Shown: piece after piece, positions 12,430 to 23,500 of the stretch
Layout of the letters: each line of letters opens with the position of its first letter
Numbering within the stretch: the first letter of the stretch is position 1
DNA from: Macrostomum lignano
Lineage: Eukaryota
Direction of reading: 5' to 3'
Assembly: GCA_002269645.1 (NCBI GenBank)
Contig: NIVC01001163.1
Location: 165,135-229,134 of the forward strand
DNA: 64,000 nt
Position numbers and translations under genes: made by a program
Notes under the pieces: model-generated
Told to the model about the DNA's origin: nothing
Database searches by the model: none
The model's input: the letters and a program-made list of their open reading frames with translations, nothing else

Positions 12430-12589
12430 CTGGGGGGGGGGGAATGGGGATATTTGGCGTCCACTGACTTTTCTTCAGTTGATTTAACACCTAACATTTC
12501 TAACATTTCTAAGGGGATCGTCACATGAACCTAGCGTGATCTGCAGATAGTCAAATTATCCTTGAGATCTCCAGACTCTTGATGATTCT

Positions 12590-13170
12590 TTAAATTGTAA
12601 GTGGTCACGTGACGTGTCGATTTAATTGTAATCAAAAGTGGTCACGTGACCCCTGTTGATTCGATTTGATTCTATTCTAAAAGTGGTCACGTGACCCCTG
12701 TTGATTCAATTCAATTTCTTAAAGTGGTCACGTGACCCCTGTCGATTCGATTCTATTTCTTAAAGTGGTTACGTGACCCCTGTCGATTCGATTCCATTCA
12801 ATTTCTAAAAGTGATCACGTGACCCCTGTTGATTCGATTCCATTCTATTTCTTAAAGTGGTCACGTGACCCCTGTCGATTCGATTCTATTTCTTAGTGGT
12901 TACGTGACCCCTGTCGATTCGATTCCATTCAATTTCTAAAAGTGATCACGTGACCCCTGTTGATTCGATTCCATTCAATTTCTAAAAGTGGTCACGTGAC
13001 CCCTGTTGATTCGATTCCATTCAATTTCTAAAAGTGATCACGTGACCCCTGTTGATTCGATTCCATTCAATTTCTAAAAGTGGTCACGTGACCCCTGTCG
13101 ATTCGATCCCAATTCAATTTCTAAAAGTGGTTACGTGACCCCTGTCAATTCAGTTTCTAAAGGTCATGTG
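12590..13170. repeat. About 42-47 bp intronic minisatellite containing GTCACGTGAC
   Basis: Visible, about a dozen copies. Confidence 0.9.
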
Positions 13171-13342
13171 ACCTTAATTGGTTCGTTTTGCAACGGGGTC
13201 GCGTGACCCATTTAAATTTTGATTCTCCAAGGTCACTTGACTAATCTAGATTGGATTTATTTTAAGGGTCACACAGCTCTATGCAAACGGCCCCCATAAA
13301 AAACCAAGGCACGCAGGTAAGTATAAATAAGTCTCGGCTCAC

Positions 13343-13459
13343 CTTAGCAACGGTGCTCTCCCAGTCGAGTCTGGCCAGCTCGGCTCGCAGACAGGCGTCA
13401 TAATAATCCTTGTCGCATTTGGACATGCTCGCCTGGCATGCGCGACACTTCTTCTCTTG
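13343..13459 (-). CDS. NOSTRIN: NOSTRIN-like, exon 4 (F-BAR)
   Basis: aatccgtacag acceptor, AAG|GTGAG donor, 117 nt; QEKKCRACQASMSKCDKDYYDACLRAELARLDWESTVAK. Confidence 0.88.
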
Positions 13460-13504
13460 CTGTACGGATTGGGCGACATAGGGATTTAGCATTGGCAACA
13501 TCGG

Positions 13505-13705
13505 TTTTGGAATCGGGATCAGGGGATTTAGAATCGGGATCAGGGGATTTAGAATCGGGATCTGGGGATTTAGAATCGGGATCAGGGGGTTTAGAATCGG
13601 GATCTGGGGATTTAGAATCGGGATCAGGGGATTTAGAATCGGGATCAGGGGATTTAGAATCGGGATCAGGGGATTTAGAATCGGGATCAGGGGATTTAGA
13701 ATCGG
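13505..13705. repeat. 21 bp intronic minisatellite GGGATTTAGAATCGGGATCAG
   Basis: Visible. Confidence 0.95.
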
Positions 13706-13736
13706 GATGGGACAATGGAATTACAGATCAACCAAC

Positions 13737-14085
13737 CTTAGATGCGTCCTTATCAGCCTTGGCGTCCCCGTTGCTGCTGCCTCCGCCGCCGCTTCCTTTC
13801 TTGCCAATCTGTGCATCCGACAAAGAGTCCCAAGCCTTCTCGGCCTCCTTAGCCGAACAGTAGGCCTTCTTCTTCGCCGTAGCCTCCTCCGCCCTCTTCT
13901 CCAACAGGGTCCGGATGGATTTCTCCACCTGCACTTCGATGGGCTTGCGCGACTTGTGAAACGATTCATTTAGCTCTCGCATTGGCTTGGTGACCTCGTC
14001 TGACAAGTTGGCGGCGAATTCCTGCCGGATCTCCGCCTCGCGCTTGATCGACTCGCCGATGGAGCCCCAGGATGCGGCCACGGTG
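13737..14085 (-). CDS. NOSTRIN: NOSTRIN-like, exon 3 (F-BAR)
   Basis: aattcccgcag acceptor (phase 2), AAG|GTTGGT donor; TVAASWGSIGESIKREAEIRQEFAANLSDEVTKPM...KSRKPIEVQVEK. Confidence 0.88.
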
Positions 14086-14136
14086 CTGCGGGAATTGCGG
14101 TCGATTCCATTTTGTTAGAATGCTTGGAATTTTGAC

Positions 14137-14755
14137 ATGGATTACATGATCCTGAACATGGATTACATGATCCTGAACATGGATTACATGATCCTGAACA
14201 TGGATTACATGATCCTGAACATGGATTACATGATCCTAAACATAGATTACATGATCCTGAACATGGATTACATGATCCTGAACATGGATTACATGATCCT
14301 AAACATAGATTACATGATCCTGAACATGGATTACATGATCCTGAATATGGATTACATGATCCTGAACATGGATTACATGATCCTGAATATGGATTACATG
14401 ATCTTGGATAGGGATTACATGATCCTAAACATAGATTACATGATCCTGAACATGGATTACATGATCCTGAATATGGATTACATGATCTTGGATAGGGATT
14501 ACATGATCCTAAACATGGATTACATGATCTTGAATAGGGATTACATGAGTTTGAATAGGGATTACATGAGTTTGAATATGGATCACATGATTCTGAATCG
14601 GGGATTACATGATTCTAAACATGGATTACATGATCTTGAATAGGGATTACATGAGTTTGAATAGGGATTACATGAGTTTGAATATGGATCACATGATTCT
14701 GAATCGGGGATTACATGATTCTGAATCTTGGTGTACATGATCTGGAATCCGGATG
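14137..14755. repeat. 21 bp intronic minisatellite ATGGATTACATGATCCTGAAC
   Basis: Visible. Confidence 0.95.
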
Positions 14756-15324
14756 AAATGATAAACATGATGCAGTCTCTCGAATTAAATCAGATTAACA
14801 GCATCAAAATGCAAAAGCCCCATCAATAAGGCTGGTTTCACACAGACAGACTTACAGCAATTACAGACGCAGTTTCTAGGGAAAATTTATGCAGGAGTTG
14901 GGATCTTGCTCTAGGTCTGCACAGGGCGGCGCACAGGGAAGTGCAAGAAGCAACTAATCAATCGATAGGCTCGCTGCACTCCCGCCAGCCTCTTCCTTCT
15001 GCCCTCGCGCCATTTCGTCCCTCATCAGGAGCGAGCATACTAAACCCTCTACTAATATATATTACACTATTATATATTATATACTCAAGTTCGGTCCGAA
15101 ACTCTTCATCGCAGATGCCAGAGGGAAGAAGCAGATGAGCTGGACTTTAAAGCAATCAAAATAAGCCGCTATCTGCCTGCGCATTCCCTATTAGGTTGCA
15201 GCAGCCTCCGCAGCTCCCTCTCATTTAAGAGACCGATTCGGACTAAGCTATGGAACACAATCTATAAGACTAAAGAAAACTGTAGCAAGGAAATAGAGGT
15301 GAGATAAAGGAGTAAAGATAAAGA

Positions 15325-16060
15325 GAAGGGAGAAGGGAGAGAGGGAAGAGGGAGAAGCGAAAAGGGAGGGAGAAGAGAGAAGGGAGGGGAGAAGGGAAGG
15401 GAGAAAGGAAGAAGGGAAGGGAAAGGGAGAAAGAAAAGGAGAAAGGAGAAGGGAGAAAGGAGAGAGGGAAGGGGGAGAAGCGAGAAGGGAAGGGAGAAGA
15501 GAGAAGGGAAGGGAGAAGAGAGAAGGGAAGGGAGAAGGGAAGGGAAGGAAGAAGGGAAGGGAGAAGGGAGAAGGCAAAGGAGAAGGGAAGGGAGAAGGGA
15601 GAAGGCAAGGGAGAAGGCAAGGGAGAAGGGAAGGGAGAAGGGAGAAGGCAAGGGAGAAGGGAAGGGAGAAGGGAGAAGGCAAGGGAGAAGGGAAGGGAGA
15701 AGGGAGAAGGCAAAGGAGAAGGAAAGGGAGAAGGGAGAAGGCAAGGGAGAAGGGAAGGGAGAAGGCAAGGGAGAAGGGAAGGGAGAAGGGAGAAGGCAAG
15801 GGAGAAGGGAGGGGAGAAGGGAGAAGGCAAGGGAGAAGGGAGAAGGCAAAGGAGAAGGGAAGGGAGAAGGGAGAAGGGAAGGGAGAAGGGAGAAGGGAAG
15901 GGAGAAGGGAGAAGGGAAGGGAGAAGGGAGAAGGCAAAGGAGAAGGGAAGGGAGAAGGGAGAAGGGAAGGGAGAAGGGAAGGGAGAAGGGAGAAGGCAAG
16001 GGAGAAGGGAAGGGAGAAGGGAAGGGAGAAGGGAGAAGAGAAGGAAGAAAGGGAGAAAAA
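15325..16060. repeat. Purine-rich (GGGAGAAGGGAA-type) repeat
   Basis: Visible. Confidence 0.95.
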
Positions 16061-16133
16061 CCAAAAGCCAAGAAGCTTCAGAGACCAGAGCATACAAGCA
16101 TGCCAACTCTGTCACACATTAAATGTGGCTCAC

Positions 16134-16300
16134 CCAGCGCAGGTTGCAGCCACCTTGGCCATTCGCTGGCTAATTTTAACCAGACTCCGCGCATAGTGGT
16201 GCTCCAGTTCGCACCTCTCAACCAGGATGGCCGAGAGCTCCTTGCACAGGTCATTGCCCTGCTTGATGTAGCGCTTCAGCTCGTCAAAGCCGTTCGTGCC
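16134..16300 (-). CDS. NOSTRIN: NOSTRIN-like, exon 2 (FCH / F-BAR N-terminus)
   Basis: ctcaactgcag acceptor, GG|GTGAG donor; GTNGFDELKRYIKQGNDLCKELSAILVERCELEHHYARSLVKIS is typical of invertebrate Nostrin. Confidence 0.9.
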
Positions 16301-16379
16301 CTGCAGTTGAGGGTGAGTCGGCTCTCATGGAGATTCTCGGATACTGGGCAATTGGATCTCTACCTGTCCTAAACTATGC

Positions 16380-16645
16380 TATGTCAAATCTCAAAATCTC
16401 ACTCTTGATTGTATCAAATCTCAAAATCTCACTATTGATTGTATCAAATCTCAAAATCTCACTCTTTAACTGTGTCAAATCTCAAAATCTCACTCTTGAC
16501 TGTGTCAAATCTCACTCTTGACTGTGTCAAATCTCACTCTTGACTGTGTCAAATCTCACTCTTGACTGTGTCAAATCTCACTCTTGACTGTGTCAAATCT
16601 CAAAATCTCACTCTTGACTGTATCAAATCTCAAAATCTCATTCTT
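16380..16645. repeat. Intronic minisatellite (TGTCAAATCTCAAAATCTCACTCTTGAC variants)
   Basis: Visible. Confidence 0.9.
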
Positions 16646-17549
16646 GGCTATACCGAATATGCCCAATATCGAAATCAAGCTGACAATCCGCACTATTTAT
16701 TGCAAATCTACCAAATGGACAAGGACAAAAAACTGCACACTATTTCTGTACAAGAATTTCCCGCCATAACTCCACAGCAAACCAATATATAGGTAAAACA
16801 GAAGTCTGCAAATAAAAAGCTTTATGACTCAGGGCGACATTTCCATATCTCTCTCTGCCAGACGCCCCGTCTATCCGCTAACCGCTTGTGTTGCATTTCC
16901 TAAGAAGACCTACAAAATGCAAATAAGCCGATGTGGTATTTAAGCATTACTAAGCAGTGTCTTAACTATTCTCCCCCTTTCTCTAATCCCAACGCTGACG
17001 GGCCAGGACCTTCTTTTGATTTCAACTTTGCTGGCTAAAAATAGACTGATGCACCTGATACTGACGCACGATTGGCAGAGATGCCTGACTGGCTCCCGTT
17101 TAAAGCATTTAAAGCAGTTCCTACGGGGGTCGGCAAGCTCTATCTCTATCCAGCCCTGTTGAAGGCTTGTGTCTCTTCTCAGATCTAGTCTCTAGTATTT
17201 AGTCTCTCCTCTCTTCCATCTCCTCTCACCCCTCATCTAGCAAGATTCTCTAATCTTCAAGCCAATGCGGGCAACTGAAGCTTTTGAATTATAAAATACA
17301 AGCACGCTCTTTTTTAATTAAGTCGGTTGTTCTATAACCACCGATATGAAATCTTATGTATTAAAATGTATATAACTGCCGATCGCTCGCTTCACTGAAC
17401 GCACAGTCTGAAAACGAATCGGTTTGCTTTCCTTAATCGATTTTTCGCCCCAGCGCAAAGTGGAGGGGAGACTGCCAGCAATCGGCCGGGGAAATCCTAT
17501 TAAAGTGCACAGCAGTGCGCATGTTGTGGCTTCCAATGTATTGTGTCTC

Positions 17550-17748
17550 TCTACCTACCTACCTACCTACCTACCTACCTATCTATCTATCTATCTACAT
17601 ATCTATGTATCTATGTATCTATCTATCTATCTATCCATCTATCCATCTATCTATCTATCTATCTATCTACCTATCTATCTACCTATCTATCTATCTATCT
17701 ATCTATCTACATATCTATGTATCTATGTATCTATCTATCTATCTATCC

Positions 17749-17779
<31 letters not shown>

Positions 17780-17839
17780 CATCTATCTACCTATCTATCC
17801 ATCTATCCATCTATCTATCCATCTATCTACCTATCTATC

Positions 17840-17889
<50 letters not shown>

Positions 17890-17916
17890 CATATCTATGT
17901 ATCTATGTATCTATCC

Positions 17917-17961
<45 letters not shown>

Positions 17962-17966
17962 CCTAC

Positions 17967-17997
<31 letters not shown>

Positions 17998-18032
17998 CAT
18001 ATCTATGTATCTATGTATCTATCTATCTATCC

Positions 18033-18063
<31 letters not shown>

Positions 18064-18356
18064 CATCTATCTACCTATCTATCCATCTATCCATCTATCT
18101 ATCTATCTATCCATCTATCCATCTATCTATCTATCTATCTATCTCTCTACCTACCTACCTACCTACCTACCTACCTACCTATCTATCTATCTATCTATCA
18201 ACATATCTATGTATCTATCTATCTATCTATCTATCTATCCATCTATCCATCTATCTATCTATCTATCTATCTATCTACCTATCTATCTACCTACCTATCT
18301 ATCTATCTATCTATCTATCTACATATCTATGTATCTATGTATCTATCTATCTATCC

Positions 18357-18387
<31 letters not shown>

Positions 18388-18476
18388 CATCTATCTACCT
18401 ATCTATCCATCTATCCATCTATCTATCCATCTATCCATCTATCCATCTATCTATCTATGTATCTATCTATCTATCC

Positions 18477-18507
<31 letters not shown>

Positions 18508-18572
18508 CATCTATCTACCTATCTATCCATCTATCCATCTATCTATCTATCTATCCATCTATCCATCTATCC

Positions 18573-18650
<78 letters not shown>

Positions 18651-18660
18651 TGATCTATCC

Positions 18661-18695
<35 letters not shown>

Positions 18696-18696
18696 C

Positions 18697-18771
<75 letters not shown>

Positions 18772-18788
18772 CATCTATCCATCTATCC

Positions 18789-18837
<49 letters not shown>

Positions 18838-19008
18838 CCTACCTACCTACCTACCTACCTACCTACCTATCTATCTATCTATCTATCTACATATCTATGT
18901 ATCTATCTATCTATCTATCTATCTATCTACCTATCTATCTACCTACCTATCTATCTATCTATCTATCTATCTACATATCTATGTATCTATGTATCTATCT
19001 ATCTATCC

Positions 19009-19047
<39 letters not shown>

Positions 19048-19140
19048 CATCTATCTACCTATCTATCCATCTATCCATCTATCTATCCATCTATCCATCT
19101 ATCCATCTATCTATCTATCTATCTATCTATGTATCTATCC

Positions 19141-19175
<35 letters not shown>

Positions 19176-19240
19176 CATCTATCTACCTATCTATCCATCT
19201 ATCCATCTATCCATCTATCTATCTATCTATCCATCTATCC

Positions 19241-19318
<78 letters not shown>

Positions 19319-19460
19319 TGATCTATCCATCTATCTATCTATCTATCTACCTATCTATCTACCTACCTATCTATCTATCTATCTATCTATCTACATATCT
19401 ATGTATCTATGTATCTATCTATCTATCCATCTATCTATCTATCTATCTATTGATCTATCC

Positions 19461-19503
<43 letters not shown>

Positions 19504-19504
19504 C

Positions 19505-19581
<77 letters not shown>

Positions 19582-19592
19582 CCTATCTATCC

Positions 19593-19655
<63 letters not shown>

Positions 19656-19656
19656 C

Positions 19657-19689
<33 letters not shown>

Positions 19690-19744
19690 CCTACCTATCT
19701 ATCCATCTATCTATCTATCTTTCTATCTATCTATCCATCTATCC

Positions 19745-19775
<31 letters not shown>

Positions 19776-19862
19776 CATCTATCTATCTACATATTCATCT
19801 ATCTATCCATCTATCTATTTATTTATTTATCTATTTATCAACCTGTGTATCTATCTACCCAC
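17550..19862. repeat. 2.3 kb compound (TATC/TACC/TCCA)n microsatellite (GATA-type) in NOSTRIN intron 1
   Basis: Visible. Confidence 0.98.
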
Positions 19863-19892
19863 CTACATGTCAGACAGAGAGCCTCACCATTT

Positions 19893-20378
19893 GCACATAG
19901 CACATATTCTCACCTTCCGCACATAGTACATGTTCTCACCTTCCGCACATAGTACATATTCTCACCTTCCGCACATAGTACATATTCTCACCTTCCGCAC
20001 ATAGTACATATTCTCACCTTCCGCACATAGTACATATTCTCACCTTCCGCACATAGTACATATTCTCACCTTCCGCACATAGTACATATTCTCACCTTCC
20101 GCACATAGTACATATTCTCACCTTCCGCACATAGTACATATTCTCACCTTCCGCACATAGTACATGTTCTCACCTTCCGCACATAGTACATATTCTCACC
20201 TTCCGCACATAGTACATGTTCTCACCTTCCGCACATAGTACATATTCTCACCTTCCGCACATAGTACATATTCTCACCTTCCGCACATAGTACATGTTCT
20301 CACCTTCCGCACATAGTACATATTCTCACCTTCCGCACATAGTACATATTCTCACCTTCCGCACATAGTACATGTTCT
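19893..20378. repeat. 26 bp minisatellite spanning the NOSTRIN exon 1 donor, 18 copies
   Basis: Minus-strand unit GAGAACATGTACTATGTGCGGAAG|GT. Confidence 0.95.
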
Positions 20379-20580
20379 CATCCATGCTGGGCAGGCCAGG
20401 CGACATGCTGGCGGACAGGAATTTAAACGGATTGGTCAGCCGAGAGGCCGCAGGCGACAAAGAAGAGACGGACGGCGATGGAGAAGAACTGGACGCTGCG
20501 TTAATTGCGGGCGAAGACGAGGGGCTGGCGCCGCTGCCAGTGGAGGACAAGTTCAGCGACCGGCGCTTGGGCGAATGCAT
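20356..20580 (-). CDS. NOSTRIN: NOSTRIN-like, probable exon 1 (Ser/Pro-rich N-terminus)
   Basis: ATG at 20580; MHSPKRRSLNLSSTG...[12 protein letters not shown] then AAG|GTGAG; phase 0 joins exon 2 in frame. GC-rich island between repeat and AT-rich DNA. Confidence 0.65.
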
Positions 20581-23500
20581 ATAAGAGTGCTGGGCTAACA
20601 AGATGAAGCGATGGAGGGAGATGCAGCAGAAAAGACTGGAGAAAGTCAGACAGCTTAGCTGCTTGGCTGGATTATAGATGGCGGCATTGCAGGTGGAGCA
20701 GGAAGTTTTTTAAGTAATAAAACCAGCTATTGTTAGACTGCATTTGGGAACTAGCTGGGTCATTAGATCCAGGTATAATGATCATATGGCTAAAATAAGT
20801 AATGCAAAGCATTAAAATATTATCTAGAACAAGCTTAATATAGCAGTTGAATGAATATACTTTTATTTAAAGTTTATAAACATTGAATTTGAGAGAAAGT
20901 CTGTTACATACATATCTAAAATTTAAATTTTTATGTTCATATAAATATAAACTAATATATATATATGATGGTTCTATTTAAACAATTAAATGAATGCAAA
21001 ATTAAGGAAAATATGAAATAAAATAAAATATATATATATACCATACTAAAATTGGGTTACCTAAGTCCTAAATATTATACAAGAAGAGAAGTCATAGATA
21101 TGGTTACAAGAATATATAATTCCCATATCTAGTAATATTGACCACTGAATAACTAAGACTTAAAAGGCTATCAGGGACTTAAGCAGTAGAGATTATTAGA
21201 CTTCTTAAACTTGAGGAATGTAAAATACTTCTGATTTTCCAATTTTTCTGAAACTTTTGCCAGAGTCTTAAAATGTATCCAAAATGATAATAAAGCAAAA
21301 AACTACAAAAATTACCTTTATAGGTAATGCAAGCTCAATTTGTTAATCTTCTTTGTTATTAATGATAATTTGATACAAACAGTTTTGCAAAATTGTATCA
21401 AATTTGGAATTTGAAAAATTGAATTTTTTTAGAATCCTAACTTTTCAACTTTTATATTTTCAAAAATCAAATTAATTTATTCTGAAACAAAATCCAAAGT
21501 ATTTGAATATTAATTATAATAAACAGAGTGTCCATTTTAGGTTTTATTTACTCAATTTGTTATAGAACAGCAATAGTACCACATAAGTTTAGTGCTTTTG
21601 AAAAATGCTAATCACTGGTTTGGCAATGGCACTTGCCCTGTGCCTCCTACTTTTGATTTGCTGTCATTCTCTTATCATTGTGACTAAGAGAGCCCTCCCT
21701 AGCTATACATTCTTTATTTGTTTACCTATATTAATTTTTACTAATTTTCATTGTCTCCATTCTAAAGGTAACTATAGCTGCTGATATCAAATAGTTTTGA
21801 TAGGATTATAATTTTTCTCTATAGAGGTATTTGATACTTTTTAACTGAAGCTTCATTGCAATTTACCCCAAGCCCCCCCCCACTTAACCAGTCTTGGAAT
21901 TTATCTACCTAATCTTCAATAGACCTCCATGGCTATATTGAAGTTTATATACATAAAATCAATCCTTATGAAATTTTCTCTACTCTAAAACCCTTATTCC
22001 CCATGCCCTGGTAGTTGGCTTTAAGATACAAAAATGAAGCTAAAATTTGAAATCAGTATCATCAAAAACTTCTATAGAGACAAAATTATGATCCTATCAA
22101 AACTGCAACTATTTTATCTACCTAAAGTTCAAGAAGTCTAGATTATCTTTTATATTTGTATTCTTTATCTTTTATTTTATTCTTGACTTACCACTATTCT
22201 GATAATTTCTAGCGTATATATAACAACAAGTAAATTAGTTTTACAAGCATAAACCTTAATTTAAAGTATATGGGGGGTTTTTGGCATGCCATGTAACAGA
22301 TATGAGAATGTGGTATATATATTGGTTGGGGAAAAATATTTAATAGTTTATAGCCAGATAGATAATATTCCCTATAGAAAAAAGTTGTAAAACTGTGGAC
22401 GGCATCCGGCACACTTGAAATTTTTCTAAAGTGCAGTGTGTGCACAGCCTGCATGTGTGCTGCCCTTTCCTGCTAGCTGCTGCTCTAGCAAATAAATATA
22501 CATGGAAGAGGGTCTAATGCCTCTGTGGAAGGGGCCTATACACTTGTAATTTATAAAGCTTAGAGAAGTTCCGAAATTTAAATTTCAAAAAAATTTAGAA
22601 GTCAAAATTTTGGAAGTCTAAAAAAGTCGCTAAAATAAACTAATTTCTGCTACATATTTTGTTTGTTTGTTCATTCGTTTTGCATAAGCAGTAAATTGAA
22701 AGTAAAAAAGTGAGTGTTGTTCATATTAAACTTTGTTTTTCTAAATTTTAATTTTGGAAAATTTTAATTTTGATTTTGGAAAGTTAGCCAATTTTTATTT
22801 TGATGAAATAGAACATCTCTAATAATCCTAAAATGTGGTAAAATAGTTTGACTCTTTTCTAAAGCTTGTTGTCCGCGGGTTTTCAACATTTATTCCAATA
22901 GGAATAATACTAATAACCTACTTACCATTTGAAATTTAATTAATAATAGATAGTAGGCCTAAAATTTGTAAATTAAAAATAAGTGATTTTTGTAATGTCA
23001 AGTGCCATTTTACTTATTCATAGAACCTATAGTCAGGATCATGGCATACCTATGCTAGAAAAAATCCTATCAAAAAAGTTTGCTTATGCCATGTACTAGG
23101 GTACCAGTTGTTTCAGTGACAAGTTGTTTTGGTGACAAATCATTTTGGTGATAGATGTTTTGGTGACAAATAGGGCCTAGTCATTTTAATGACAAGTTGC
23201 TTTTGTTAGACACACTTTATTTTTGACAAAAAAATAAAGATTTTATGAGTAGGCCCCCTATAGTCATTTTAGTAATAGGAAGTGCTTCAAAATATCAGCT
23301 TGTAGCTTTTTGTTAAGATTTATGTTTCATTCAAATTTGAAAAGTTCTATTGTATATGTCGTAGGGCTCCGTCTCTCTATACAATTTCAACCGCTGACAC
23401 CAAAGTTGTCGTAGGGGTAACTTCTGTCCCTACAAATGATTTCACCGCTGTTACTAAAGTTGTTACAGGTGTGATTCTTTTTACTGTTCTTACTGTTTAC

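Noticed and set aside
17424-19952. Long ORFs up to 803 aa (YLSIYLSI...)
   Set aside because: Translations of the TATC microsatellite; open in all three frames, no domain.
22209-22500. Possible decayed kinase or MYND-finger coding sequence on the minus strand
   Set aside because: Only scattered short resemblances in different frames; cannot be supported without a profile search.
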